From IMG/VR virus record IMGVR_UViG_3300031957_002643, positions 271,553 to 335,552 of that record: 64,000 bases of DNA; one strand, written 5' to 3'. Shown piece after piece: positions 52,283-62,633 of this stretch. A program made the position numbers and the translations under genes. The notes under the pieces were generated by a model that made no database searches, had not been told where the DNA came from, and was given only the letters and a program-made list of their open reading frames with translations. Position 1 is the stretch's first letter. Every line of letters begins with the position of its first letter.

Positions 52283-52939
52283 TTACCCAAAGGTGCAACG
52301 CACCTTCATATAATTCATATCATCTTCCAAGATGTATGTTCTGTATGCATCGAGACCGTTTCTAACGAAATCCAAGAATGAAGTGAAAATTTCAACATTA
52401 TCACACCATATTTCAACTTGGAAAACAATACGATCAGGACTAACCAAGTACGTTGGTTCGTGGACCTTATATTGTTTGACATCATCTTGATCTTCTAACC
52501 AAGACTCCATGTCCCGATCATAAGTTTGATGGGCAGCATTCAAGAGACCACGAAGGGTTGAAACTCCCGTAATGGTCGCCTCTGTAAGATCAGGAACAGC
52601 AAGAATGATATCGAAATTCTGTGCCCACCTATCAAACGCATCAATAAAATCAGGTTCCTCATAGTCCATAAAGGACTTCAAGTCGGTATCGATCTCAGGA
52701 GTATCATCAATTGCGAATTCGGCATAAGCGCCATCCGCTAAACGCACAATGATGTATGCGCCGTCTGGTGTTGTTTTAAGCACATAGAAGTCGCCCTGAT
52801 GAATAATTTCACCATCGGAATTTACAACGGCTTCTTCGCCTTCAGGTGTAGATGGTGTTTCAGGCTCAACTTCGACCGGTGCTTCGGTCAGTGTAGCCTT
52901 TTTCATTTCGGCAAGAACTTCTTTAAACAGATCAGACAT
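52283..52939 (-). CDS. Acidic hypothetical late protein
   Basis: ATAAATA upstream; N-terminal LFKE..LAE..LTE. Confidence 0.75.
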   Translation of the reverse strand: MSDLFKEVLAEMKKATLTEAPVEVEPETPSTPEGEEAVVNSDGEIIHQGDFYVLKTTPDGAYIIVRLADGAYAEFAIDDTPEIDTDLKSFMDYEEPDFIDAFDRWAQNFDIILAVPDLTEATITGVSTLRGLLNAAHQTYDRDMESWLEDQDDVKQYKVHEPTYLVSPDRIVFQVEIWCDNVEIFTSFLDFVRNGLDAYRTYILEDDMNYMKVRCTFG

Positions 52940-52965
52940 TTGAATACCTCAGTATGAGGTATTTA

Positions 52966-53613
52966 TCACCATCCTGCTTCTGGTTGAGGTAGATATACTT
53001 GGACTTGAGTTCTCAATTCATTTGTGATTGGACGCTGACTATTGAGCGATGCACGAATGAACCATCTCCAACCGTCTCCGGTAGCGGGAATGGCACGGTG
53101 ATAGTCTTCGTGTCCGAACCAATAAGGAATACCTGATTTTACAGGAACAGGGGATTTGCTATCCTTCAGCCACTTCAAATGGCTGTTGATAACATCGTTA
53201 TGGTGTCCCCAAATAGTTTTTCCTTTTGGGTAATCATTGGTGAGAACTTCCTTCAGGTCAAGATAATCATGTGGGTGAAGAAATTCAGTTAGTGACCCTG
53301 TTCCCGAATCAACAATCATGAATAGATGATTTGTTTCATGTCCTCTGGACAAATCAGGCTGACCGTCATTGCCTCGCGGAATATCATCCAAATGCCAGCC
53401 CGGAATTGCAGGATACCATCCCCGCTTAAGCATATGGAACCGACTATCAATGATCACATTCTTTCGTTGTTCTTCTGGAATGTGAGCAAGGAATTTCCAT
53501 GTGAGTTGACCACCGAATTCCATTGCGGTTTCATAGTCACACGAAAACAACATGGTTTCTTGTTTGATGTCATCAATACCGGCAATCAATGCTTCGCAGG
53601 GAATGGGTTTCAC
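52966..53613 (-). CDS. Putative 2OG-Fe(II) oxygenase-like protein
   Basis: PAIPGWHLDD ... YHRA ... RWFIRAS gives an HxD..H..R pattern. Confidence 0.55.
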   Translation of the reverse strand: MKPIPCEALIAGIDDIKQETMLFSCDYETAMEFGGQLTWKFLAHIPEEQRKNVIIDSRFHMLKRGWYPAIPGWHLDDIPRGNDGQPDLSRGHETNHLFMIVDSGTGSLTEFLHPHDYLDLKEVLTNDYPKGKTIWGHHNDVINSHLKWLKDSKSPVPVKSGIPYWFGHEDYHRAIPATGDGWRWFIRASLNSQRPITNELRTQVQVYLPQPEAGW

Positions 53614-54239
53614 TTTTGGCTCTCCAAAATAGTTCCAAGTTGTTTGAATTCTTCACGAACATTCATGAACAACATGCCCTGTTCGATGGCATCATCCATT
53701 GCATGATGTGTATGAGGAATGTCAGGGAACCAACGTTTTGGAAAATGCCGCTTGGTTGTCTTCACCCAACGGGTTCCGAGTCGTGCAAAAATATAACTTT
53801 TGAGATCAATTGCACGAGAGAAGCCCAATGGATTTTCACCATGATACCGGCAGAAATAATAATCAGGCCACTTCCAATCATACGCCAGTGGATAGCACAC
53901 GACAACAACGTCCCATTCGTTGTTTGGGAAATTGGTATTGCGCCAATCAATGAAATCTGCCACGAATTGTTCACCCGGAATTGTATCAATTCGGGTCGCT
54001 TCGTACATGCGGCGATTTTCTTCGGTCGAGTTCCACCATTCCATTGTCTTGGGATTTTGAGTAGCACCCTCGATAAAATCCAAATTACGATAGAATGTGG
54101 AAACTGGTTCCTTCTGGCCATCAACAAATGCAGCATAGCCAGCAGATAGCATAGAATTCAAACCGGGAAATGGTCCATCAGACTCCACGTCCAAGGAAAT
54201 AAAGACCTCGCGTTTCACTTTTTCGTTTTTCTTACCCAT
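53610..54239 (-). CDS. DEDDh 3'-5' exo(ribo)nuclease (DnaQ/Rv2179c-like)
   Basis: ISLDVESDGP and HTHHAMDDAIEQ. Confidence 0.85.
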   Translation of the reverse strand: MGKKNEKVKREVFISLDVESDGPFPGLNSMLSAGYAAFVDGQKEPVSTFYRNLDFIEGATQNPKTMEWWNSTEENRRMYEATRIDTIPGEQFVADFIDWRNTNFPNNEWDVVVVCYPLAYDWKWPDYYFCRYHGENPLGFSRAIDLKSYIFARLGTRWVKTTKRHFPKRWFPDIPHTHHAMDDAIEQGMLFMNVREEFKQLGTILESQK

Positions 54240-54595
54240 TACATTTCCTCGTGGGGTTCGTCATACGCCGAATCATATTGAACATTTTTCAAGTTCTTTC
54301 GCTCGCAGAACTTGATGATTGAATTGGTTCCGGGCCAATTGATTTGATCAAAATATTTGACCATATTGACGCCGATTGAAGTAATCAAATATTCCGCCTT
54401 TTGAAAGATGTATTTGGATACGGCAAACAGGCATAAGAGCGGATAAGTGATTGCAATATTAAACGCATCATTGATGTCTCTGCGAAGAGAGTCGCGGTTT
54501 TGATATGCTTTGAAATACACGCTGACCATTTCAATAACGAAAAGGCCGACACCGATGATCACATACATACAAATCGCAAACAATAGAATATTCAT
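54239..54595 (-). CDS. Membrane protein
   Basis: Hydrophobic N-terminus; GAGG SD. Confidence 0.65.
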   Translation of the reverse strand: MNILLFAICMYVIIGVGLFVIEMVSVYFKAYQNRDSLRRDINDAFNIAITYPLLCLFAVSKYIFQKAEYLITSIGVNMVKYFDQINWPGTNSIIKFCERKNLKNVQYDSAYDEPHEEM

Positions 54596-54651
54596 TTCTG
54601 TACCTCGTATTTCATAATTGCGCTTTTAACATGATATGTTTGATTGTCAAC

Positions 54652-54930
54652 TTATTCTTTCAAAAAAGGCGATAATACAAAACCGACAATACCGAATACA
54701 ATCGTTTCGAGTGTATCCCCAATGCCTTCTAGTATTTTTGTAATCATTGCGAAGAACAAATAAACAACAAGCAGCGGCCAGCATAACATCAGATGAACCA
54801 TGATGGAAATAAGTCGCTTCAATGTTACTTTTGACGGTTGAGTAACAAGCATACGTAAAATACTACCAATCATAATACAAAGGGTGATCACTGCATATAC
54901 AAGAAATAGATTACCTGCGTAAGACGACAT
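54652..54930 (-). CDS. Membrane protein
   Basis: Multi-TM; AAGGA SD before MSSYAG. Confidence 0.6.
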   Translation of the reverse strand: MSSYAGNLFLVYAVITLCIMIGSILRMLVTQPSKVTLKRLISIMVHLMLCWPLLVVYLFFAMITKILEGIGDTLETIVFGIVGFVLSPFLKE

Positions 54931-55006
54931 TGTGTACATCCTTATGATATATTTGACTTGACACCAATACATCATCCGTGTATAAAGGTCAATAGGGAGA
55001 GATGAT

Positions 55007-55528
55007 ATGTTTCACTACGTTCCGAAGCCCATTGTTAATCAATCTGAACACGTGGTGTTGACACCACTGGTGGGTGTCAAAGATGCCCATGTTCGGATGG
55101 TTCGGAAGGTCAATGTCAAAACCCCGTGGGGCGGTGAAGTTATTGTCACTCTCGATCCGGTTGAACATCGGGTGTTGTGTGAATGTGTTGTTCTTCGGCT
55201 GATCGAAATGGACGAGAATGGCATGTTCGTCCTTTCTTCGCGGGGTGCATCTCTGCTCGAAGAATTTGGCGAATCTTCAACATACACATTCATGAATGCG
55301 GATGGGGATGTGATGGAGATTGGCGAATATGAAATGCTTCTTCTTCAAACTGCGGCCTATGTTGAAGATGGTGTGAAGGGCATTGGCAACTCGGATGAAG
55401 TCGAATGCCTGAAGCGTTTGGAACAATTGGCCTTCGTGGTCACCCGCAATAATGGCGGCACGTTCGATTATTACCTGACCAAAACTGGTATCGATTTCCT
55501 GATCGATGAAGGCTATTTGCTTGGATAA
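55007..55528 (+). CDS. Hypothetical protein (winged-helix-like ends)
   Basis: GGGAGAG SD; YYLTKTGIDFL-type motif. Confidence 0.7.
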   Translation: MFHYVPKPIVNQSEHVVLTPLVGVKDAHVRMVRKVNVKTPWGGEVIVTLDPVEHRVLCECVVLRLIEMDENGMFVLSSRGASLLEEFGESSTYTFMNADGDVMEIGEYEMLLLQTAAYVEDGVKGIGNSDEVECLKRLEQLAFVVTRNNGGTFDYYLTKTGIDFLIDEGYLLG

Positions 55529-55607
55529 TTGAACTATTTCCCATGGTATTGGCGTTAGCTCATAAATACTAACGCCAAATATCTTATATAAATGGGAGAC
55601 TAGTTCA

Positions 55608-56330
55608 ATGGCAGTTACGCAATCAAACTTTGATACAATTCTTGCAGCGGCACAGGGTTCCAACGTCGCAGCATCCGGTACAATCACAATTGGTGCATCT
55701 AATGTTTCCGAAGATGACACTATTACCGTAAACGGTCGTGAGTATACCTTTAAAGCATCACCATCTGCAACAACCGATATCGACATTGGTGCAGACAATG
55801 ATGAAACCGCATCTAACATTCAGGCCAAGCTTGCAGCGTCAACCGCAGCAGCAATCACGCCTGCTGAATATTCCGTTACGGATAATGTTGTAACCATCAC
55901 CTATAAAGTTGCTGGTACCGTTGGTAACGCATTCACTCTTGCTAAGTCCGGTTCAGAAATCACACTTTCAGGTGCAACTCTTGCTTCTGGTGTTGATACT
56001 GGTGCAACCGATTACTCCGTCATTGAAAATGCGGGTGGTGAAGTTGCAGAACTTCGTCAGGACAGCGACTTCGAAAAGAACATTCTTTCGGTCATCGCAT
56101 TGGCAGAAGCTTGCATCACGTTGGGAGCAAATCCAGCAACGTCTTCAACAACGGCTCTTCAAGCTCGTCGTCAGCGCAGAACACTTAAGCAGGTTTGTCA
56201 AATCCTAGCTTCTGTGGTCCCAGCAGTTGCCGATAGTTCCGCTGATGACAGAACCGCAGTTGCAACCCGCATCCGCGAAGAAGTTCTGAAGCGCTATAAC
56301 AACATCAACCAACCAACTGGTGGTCTATAA
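55608..56330 (+). CDS. Putative virion structural protein
   Basis: Late motif at 55562; ASGTITI..DTITVNG..YTF..IGA..TA.NI module seen in sheath-associated proteins. Confidence 0.7.
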   Translation: MAVTQSNFDTILAAAQGSNVAASGTITIGASNVSEDDTITVNGREYTFKASPSATTDIDIGADNDETASNIQAKLAASTAAAITPAEYSVTDNVVTITYKVAGTVGNAFTLAKSGSEITLSGATLASGVDTGATDYSVIENAGGEVAELRQDSDFEKNILSVIALAEACITLGANPATSSTTALQARRQRRTLKQVCQILASVVPAVADSSADDRTAVATRIREEVLKRYNNINQPTGGL

Positions 56331-56344
56331 TAGGTATCTGAAAG

Positions 56345-56653
56345 ATGTCACATCTGTTGCGTCAAAAGGTAATTGCACTTCTTAAAGAGTGTGAATGTGA
56401 AAAAGAGATCACAGAACATCATCTCAAACTGGCTGACAAGCCAAAAGAAGCTGGTGATGTGAAGGTTCGTTACAAAGGTAATGAATTTATTGGGTGGTGC
56501 GAAAAGAAAAATGACAAATGCACTGTCGTTCTTTTTCATGATGCTGGTGATGGAACAGATCATTACGTCGAAGAAGACTGTGAAAATAATAAAGATGATG
56601 TCGAGGCGTGCATCAAACAAGCAGTCAAAAAACTGTCTTCCTATCTAGACTAA
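56345..56653 (+). CDS. Hypothetical protein
   Basis: 102 aa, co-transcribed with the upstream gene. Confidence 0.65.
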   Translation: MSHLLRQKVIALLKECECEKEITEHHLKLADKPKEAGDVKVRYKGNEFIGWCEKKNDKCTVVLFHDAGDGTDHYVEEDCENNKDDVEACIKQAVKKLSSYLD

Positions 56654-56666
56654 TCGATTGCGCATT

Positions 56667-56707
56667 AAAAAGCGCCCCCGTGGAAGAACCATGGGGGCGC
56701 AATTTTT
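56667..56707. terminator. Bidirectional terminator
   Basis: GCGCCCCCGTGG/CCATGGGGGCGC flanked by A and T runs. Confidence 0.8.
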
Positions 56708-56726
56708 TGTGCGATGATGAAGGTGC

Positions 56727-57512
56727 TTACGCAGCCTTATCGGCGTGAGCCTGTTTCATCGATTCCGACTTCGCGCGTGCAGTCGCAGGAGCAACGGTCG
56801 GATAATCAGACGGAAGTCCCCACTTCGTCATATATTCCTCGACGGTCATATCATCGAAACGACGCTTGAGGTAACGGGCGAGCATCTTGACTTCGGCACC
56901 ATCTTCCAGACAGATCAGATGATTGTCCGTGATGGTATCTTCGATGCTGGTAATACCTTCAGGAAGAGTATTACCATTACCATTCCATCCAGACGTGTCA
57001 GAAGCTACGCTTTGACTGTCGCTCTCCGAAGTGTCTTCGGACGTATTTTCCGAAGTGGATGCAGTCTTCTTGGTGCCGAGGCCGATTTCTTTGGCCATCT
57101 TGGAGCGCTGCTTCGAATACTCGCGGCAGACCATCGGATAGTCAGACGGCAGACCATAAGCACGCACATAGTCTTCAGTCGTCATACCATTGGTCTTGAG
57201 GTGACGCTTCAGAGTGCGATAATGCTTGCCATCGATCAGAGACACGAGATGCGTCTTGAACACAGTGGCAGCACGAACAGCATCGGCGTCCGAAAGATCG
57301 AGATCACCGAAAGATGCATGAGGTTTCACAACCGGGCCGTTTACGACCGGGCCAGAAAAAATCACATTGGTGGATTCAACGATCTGGGTGATCGTGCTTT
57401 TCAGAGAATCGACAGGAACAGCATTCGCAGACAGATATTGTGCAACGATGTTTCCGACGATGGCTTCGCGATCAGAGACCACAACAGCAGTTTCAGTTCC
57501 TTGGGCGGTCAT
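56727..57512 (-). CDS. mucR: MucR/Ros family regulator with two DNA-binding domains
   Basis: IVAQYLSANAV..L...I N-terminus; SLIDGKHYRTLKRHL..YGLPSDYPMV..YS..RS..AK.IGLG; second copy LICLEDG..KML.RYL..KWGLPSDYPTVAP; AAGGAG SD. Confidence 0.9.
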   Translation of the reverse strand: MTAQGTETAVVVSDREAIVGNIVAQYLSANAVPVDSLKSTITQIVESTNVIFSGPVVNGPVVKPHASFGDLDLSDADAVRAATVFKTHLVSLIDGKHYRTLKRHLKTNGMTTEDYVRAYGLPSDYPMVCREYSKQRSKMAKEIGLGTKKTASTSENTSEDTSESDSQSVASDTSGWNGNGNTLPEGITSIEDTITDNHLICLEDGAEVKMLARYLKRRFDDMTVEEYMTKWGLPSDYPTVAPATARAKSESMKQAHADKAA

Positions 57513-57700
57513 AGAATACTCCTTATCAACCCATTCACAACAAGCACTCTTTGGTGCTTTCGTTCGACAAGGTGACAATATGAAGATACTCAAAAGAAAG
57601 TCAACAGATAATATCAAATAAATATCAGCGCATTATTTGGATTGATGGTTAACACCAATAAATTCAAACACTTATGGCGTCAGAAAAATTCATATCTGCG

Positions 57701-60700
57701 TTAACTTTTGATATTCAATCGGTTGTCTGTGAAGCTGTCTACAATTTCAATTTGATCGGCGGTCGCAGATGACAGGAACAATTCATCTGGCTCTGCTCTT
57801 ATCTGGAACAGTTTACCAAAGGCTTGACCTGAGATTGAAACCGGGACGACAGATTGAATGACTGTTGCCAGTTTGCTATGAATGTATGAGCACAATTCGG
57901 TATAATAAAATTTCTCACCGAAATCCCAAAGATTGATATCGAAATATTCATCGATTGCTTGAAGCACCCGAATTTTCAGATCGTTGTCTGGGATCGTGGT
58001 TCCGGGCGTCTTGACAACTAGGAATTTTGCACGAAGCTCATCTGTAGCTTGTGAACCGAACAACAGCTTGTATCGTGCCGGATGCCACACGATTGCATCA
58101 GACACCATTTTGAAATTCTCGAATGACTGATACTGTGTTCTGATAGAATCTGATGTTGGTTGAGATGGCTGTGTCCCGCCCTCAGCAACCCATGTTCTCA
58201 TGCTATCATCAAATGACTTTGTGAGAACATATGCATCTATAACATTTGAAGCCGCAGGGTCAATTCTGCGTTCTTCAGACGTATAATGTTGCCAGCGGAA
58301 TTGCAATTTGCCTCTACCGTTGGCTTTCTTATACTGTGCTGCATCGGCAACAGTGGCCCATGTTGAAGCGCCAGCAATTAGCCATTGATCGTTTGGTTGA
58401 TCGTAATGAATATCACCTACAGAGGTATCACTGTCCACACTATCACCAGCATTATAAATGTGGTTTGGAGAATGATATGTTCCTCTCGGGACGGATAATT
58501 CTGAAATTGGTTCCCAGATATCAAATCCATTCTCTGTGACCTTGCGCCATAGAACCAAATCGTTTTCGCCATCATCAATAATGAAATCTCTGAAGCCAAA
58601 CGGATCATCAATTTCCCCATTCAAGTCTTCATCGATATTGGTCAATCGGATGCCTCTAATGTTAGAATACCCATCAGAATGGCGCAATCTATCGTGCACC
58701 AAATACGTTTTCGGTGTTGGTAGATATCGGGCTGGAATATTGTATGCTGATCTGACTGTGTAATCATAACCAATGCTCAAGCATCCGGTCACCGTGAAGT
58801 TCGTGATGATGACTTTCTCACCGCCAGCAAGTGGAGCAGAAAGAACTACATCATCAACGCCATCATCGTATGTGAATGAATGCTGATATGCGCCATTTAC
58901 CCATACCATGGTTCTCAGTGTGGAAGCATTGGTTACACCAGATGGTGGCTCAAATCTGACATCGCCATTACTTGCAGTGTATTGAACTTCATCAATTTTG
59001 AAAATGTCATCGAACAATAATGCACGAATATGAATATCTGAATCGACAGCGGGTGCTGTATCAAAGGTGACAACATACGAATCTTCGACACCCGTCTCAA
59101 GCGTATAATCCAATTCGCGATCACCATTGACGAATACCATAACAAATCCACTACTCATGTAGAGTGGATATGAGGTTGTCGAACCATCACCAGTGAAATT
59201 GAATGATGCAAAACATGGTGCACCACCATCAAGGTAATTGATGCCAATTGCTTGTCCGTCACCCGGTGTGGTTTGAAATTTGATTCTGCTTGCTTCTGAT
59301 GCTTCATACACCGTGTAGTCATCAAAGGGGCGAAGCAATTTGGTTGCTTTGAATGCAAAGGTATTGTCCGCCGCGATGTTATTCTTTGAGAAGGAATAGT
59401 ATGTGGTCGAGCCATCACCTGTTTTGTTCAGGCGAAGTGGAGTTGCATATGTTTTTCTTGGATCAAAGATGACAGTTATAAACTGACCGTCTGGTGGTGC
59501 TGTATCGAAAACGAGTGTTGTTTTACCAGCACCGCGTTCGATCTTCCAATCAGAACGATTGGTTGGAACATTATTGACCAAGAAGAACAGAGTATCATCC
59601 TCAACACGGTCAACAGAAAGATCGAATTTTCTTGTAGTTCCATCACCTTGGATCAAAATCTTACCAGCTATTGGATCAGACCCAACAGATGTTTTCTGTC
59701 CGCGACGTGGTAGACTATCTCTTGTTTCATTCGTCTCTAGAAGAACAACACCATCACGCAATTTCTTGCCAGTCTTGTCGTCAACGATGGTGCTATCATT
59801 CACGTGAATGAATTCGACTTCTTTTTCGGATTCAAAATTGATACTGATGCCGCGATCCGTGATAGTCCACTCGTCATTACCAGTTGAACCAACCGCATAT
59901 TCTAGCTTGATCAACCAGCTTGCGTCCAAGGTTGCTGCTGATTGGTTGCCTTGATATTCCAAACTAAAATCACCAGCCGCATTCAAATCTTCATTTGCAA
60001 TAGTTTCCCATGTGGCGTTATCAGCATCCCAGCGAATACCAAAGCTGCGACGAAGCAATAGCTTTTCTGAAATTTTGGTTCTTTCGGCTTCCGTGAATGA
60101 TCGCTTCATCGGAGGCATTACATACTGAAGCTCCGAACTTACAAAATCCATCTTTCTTTTCAGTAGGATAGAATCATTTGTGGTTCCATCACTTCCTGAT
60201 ACGACATAATCAACACGGGAGGTTTCGCCGGTCTTGAAGAACAAGATCGAATTTGGAATAATTTTATCAAGATCGCCAGTTGTAATTGCGACATCGAGTT
60301 TTCCTAAGCTGCGATTGTTTGCAGTTGATGTTACCGTGAAGGTTGCAGCCGGAATTTGGTATTTGGGAAAATCATCATAATAGAGAATTTGCTTATCTTC
60401 TTTTTTGATGAGAGGCGAGATGTGGTCTGAAATAAACGAACCGATGCTTTCTGTGGTGCTGTCATAAACGGCACGAATAGAAGCAGATGTGCTCTCTTTG
60501 TAAATTCGACCATCTGTTCCGAATGCATTCACATTGTTGTACGTTCCTGATGGATCGCGCAACGGAATACTCTTGCCGTGACCAGAGAAAGTTCGATTAA
60601 CGACTTTGGCTTTCAAAATAGATGCATCACTGTAAAGATAGCTGTTGTAATCTTCACCAGTAACCATTCTATTTTGACTGTAGAACACCTTGTTCGCCCG

Positions 60701-61951
60701 TGTGCGAATGTCTTCATTGGTTTCTGCACGTGCTGCATTGGACACGTTGTTAGTCAATGAGAAGGTGAGAGTTAGATTATAGATTTCGGAATCGGAAACA
60801 TATGGAATGGTTATCGATTTGTTTCTGATATCGCTGGCTCTAACGGTTGGAGCGATTGGAGAGGACGTTCTGTACCAGAAGCGGAAGATGCCCTTTGGAA
60901 TAGCTCCGAATTTACCATCACCAAATTTCACGGTGATTTGGTCATTGTTTCGCGTGACGACTTCAAATACTTTTGAATTTGATACGCTTGGTCTATACGC
61001 CAAGCTTTCATTTACGACTGATTGAACTTGTTCCCATTCTTCCAGAACATCACCATTCTCATCAATGCGGGTCACATACACATCTGTATCGTTGACGCTG
61101 CTGACATTGATATCAACAGACCTCATTGGAACGGTTTCAGTGAATGTGGCATCTTGGAATGCCATTTGTCCTTGGCGGAAAGGCAAAAAGAAACCGGTGT
61201 CCGAAGATGCAACGCCCTTGCCGTCAGATCGATAAAGGAGATGAAACGAATTGAGACGATTAGGAGCAAGCTCTTCATAGACACCGGTTGACTCGTTCAA
61301 CAAAACGTTGACGATTTCAAATGGCAACGAACCAGCCGTTGTAGTTGCCTTGAAATTATATACACCGGTTGCAGGTGATGGTGAATTAAAACGATACAGG
61401 CTAATATCTGTTCCCGTGGCTTTGTAGCGACGAAGTGGAGTTCCCCATTTGGTTCTGCTCGCAAATGCCGAATTCATAATGATTAGCCATTTCTCAAACC
61501 AATCAGGATCGTTTGGATCGTTCCATTGAATGTTTCCAGAGATCGGATTATCGTCCAGATCATTCAATCTTTGTGTGGTCCTAATGGATTGTAGTTTCAA
61601 TTCGCCAGTAGCAGCCTGTGCCCGATTGACACGATATGCGACGTTGTATGCCAAGCGAAGAAGACTGTCTCTTCTTTCGGCTGTGGAAAGGAAATTCTCA
61701 CGAGTGTTCAAATCGATTCGATACGAAAGCGATTGGGCAAAATATGTTAGAATGTCGAGCTTGATGATGAATTCGGATGATCCGATCCAGTCGTTAAATT
61801 CATCTGGATAGGTCTCACGAATGTACTGCATGACCGCATTTCGCAGCGAGTCTTGGTCGTATGCTGTGAAATCTATATTACTCAAAGCTTCGTAAATACG
61901 ACGCCAATCTTCTGCTACAAACAAAGTATTCTGACGGGAAATGCTCGTCAC
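57701..61951 (-). CDS. Baseplate wedge subunit (T4 gp6-like, large)
   Basis: DF..YD.DSLR..YPDEFNDWIGSSEF..RENFLSTAERRDS and AETNEDIR..NRMVTGEDY. Confidence 0.9.
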   Translation of the reverse strand: MTSISRQNTLFVAEDWRRIYEALSNIDFTAYDQDSLRNAVMQYIRETYPDEFNDWIGSSEFIIKLDILTYFAQSLSYRIDLNTRENFLSTAERRDSLLRLAYNVAYRVNRAQAATGELKLQSIRTTQRLNDLDDNPISGNIQWNDPNDPDWFEKWLIIMNSAFASRTKWGTPLRRYKATGTDISLYRFNSPSPATGVYNFKATTTAGSLPFEIVNVLLNESTGVYEELAPNRLNSFHLLYRSDGKGVASSDTGFFLPFRQGQMAFQDATFTETVPMRSVDINVSSVNDTDVYVTRIDENGDVLEEWEQVQSVVNESLAYRPSVSNSKVFEVVTRNNDQITVKFGDGKFGAIPKGIFRFWYRTSSPIAPTVRASDIRNKSITIPYVSDSEIYNLTLTFSLTNNVSNAARAETNEDIRTRANKVFYSQNRMVTGEDYNSYLYSDASILKAKVVNRTFSGHGKSIPLRDPSGTYNNVNAFGTDGRIYKESTSASIRAVYDSTTESIGSFISDHISPLIKKEDKQILYYDDFPKYQIPAATFTVTSTANNRSLGKLDVAITTGDLDKIIPNSILFFKTGETSRVDYVVSGSDGTTNDSILLKRKMDFVSSELQYVMPPMKRSFTEAERTKISEKLLLRRSFGIRWDADNATWETIANEDLNAAGDFSLEYQGNQSAATLDASWLIKLEYAVGSTGNDEWTITDRGISINFESEKEVEFIHVNDSTIVDDKTGKKLRDGVVLLETNETRDSLPRRGQKTSVGSDPIAGKILIQGDGTTRKFDLSVDRVEDDTLFFLVNNVPTNRSDWKIERGAGKTTLVFDTAPPDGQFITVIFDPRKTYATPLRLNKTGDGSTTYYSFSKNNIAADNTFAFKATKLLRPFDDYTVYEASEASRIKFQTTPGDGQAIGINYLDGGAPCFASFNFTGDGSTTSYPLYMSSGFVMVFVNGDRELDYTLETGVEDSYVVTFDTAPAVDSDIHIRALLFDDIFKIDEVQYTASNGDVRFEPPSGVTNASTLRTMVWVNGAYQHSFTYDDGVDDVVLSAPLAGGEKVIITNFTVTGCLSIGYDYTVRSAYNIPARYLPTPKTYLVHDRLRHSDGYSNIRGIRLTNIDEDLNGEIDDPFGFRDFIIDDGENDLVLWRKVTENGFDIWEPISELSVPRGTYHSPNHIYNAGDSVDSDTSVGDIHYDQPNDQWLIAGASTWATVADAAQYKKANGRGKLQFRWQHYTSEERRIDPAASNVIDAYVLTKSFDDSMRTWVAEGGTQPSQPTSDSIRTQYQSFENFKMVSDAIVWHPARYKLLFGSQATDELRAKFLVVKTPGTTIPDNDLKIRVLQAIDEYFDINLWDFGEKFYYTELCSYIHSKLATVIQSVVPVSISGQAFGKLFQIRAEPDELFLSSATADQIEIVDSFTDNRLNIKS

Positions 61952-61955
61952 TACA

Positions 61956-62225
61956 TCACTCCATTACAATTTCAATATTATGTTCTTTGTTGAGTTCTAA
62001 GAACTCTACCAATAGAAAAAATTCACTCTCAGCCAAAGTCACGGATTCACTATGTATCATTTGCGAATTCTCATCGACCGGACCATATTTGATCTTCTCA
62101 TTAACCTTTTTAATGAAAACAAAGGGTTGACCGTTTCGATATACCAATGCACCATTACCTTCGGTTAACGAACGGAGGCTCGAAATTGAGATTGTCGGCT
62201 GTGTCACTCGTCTTGAATTGATCAT
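61956..62225 (-). CDS. Hypothetical protein
   Basis: 89 aa between gp25 and gp6. Confidence 0.6.
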   Translation of the reverse strand: MINSRRVTQPTISISSLRSLTEGNGALVYRNGQPFVFIKKVNEKIKYGPVDENSQMIHSESVTLAESEFFLLVEFLELNKEHNIEIVME

Positions 62226-62587
62226 TAGTCCACAGCTCTTTCTTCCAAGAAGTATTCGAAGTCATCTTCGATGTCATGTTCAACATAGTACAAACGGGCC
62301 TTTATAGTAATACTATGGATATCACTGGAAATCTCAATTTTTCTGAGTTCGACTCTGGGATCATAATTGATCGCAGTCCGCACATCATTTTCTACGATAT
62401 TTTTTGTGAAGGAATTCAAGGGTTGTCCTATCATCTCTTTGAGACGAGACCCAAATCTGGGAACACCACGAACTTCGCCGCGCTGGACAGACAAATGATT
62501 ACGCAAATCCTGCTTAACCAACTCAATGTCGCTAAGGCGGGTGTCGATATTTCCGGCACTGGTAGAGAACCCTTTGTATAACGTCAT
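62225..62587 (-). CDS. Baseplate gp25-like protein
   Basis: YKGFST, DIELVKQDLRNHL..GE...PRFGS..DPRV. Confidence 0.9.
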   Translation of the reverse strand: MTLYKGFSTSAGNIDTRLSDIELVKQDLRNHLSVQRGEVRGVPRFGSRLKEMIGQPLNSFTKNIVENDVRTAINYDPRVELRKIEISSDIHSITIKARLYYVEHDIEDDFEYFLEERAVD

Positions 62588-62633
62588 AAGTATTCTTCCT
62601 TCGTAATATTTATGAACAAAAGAGACACATCAA

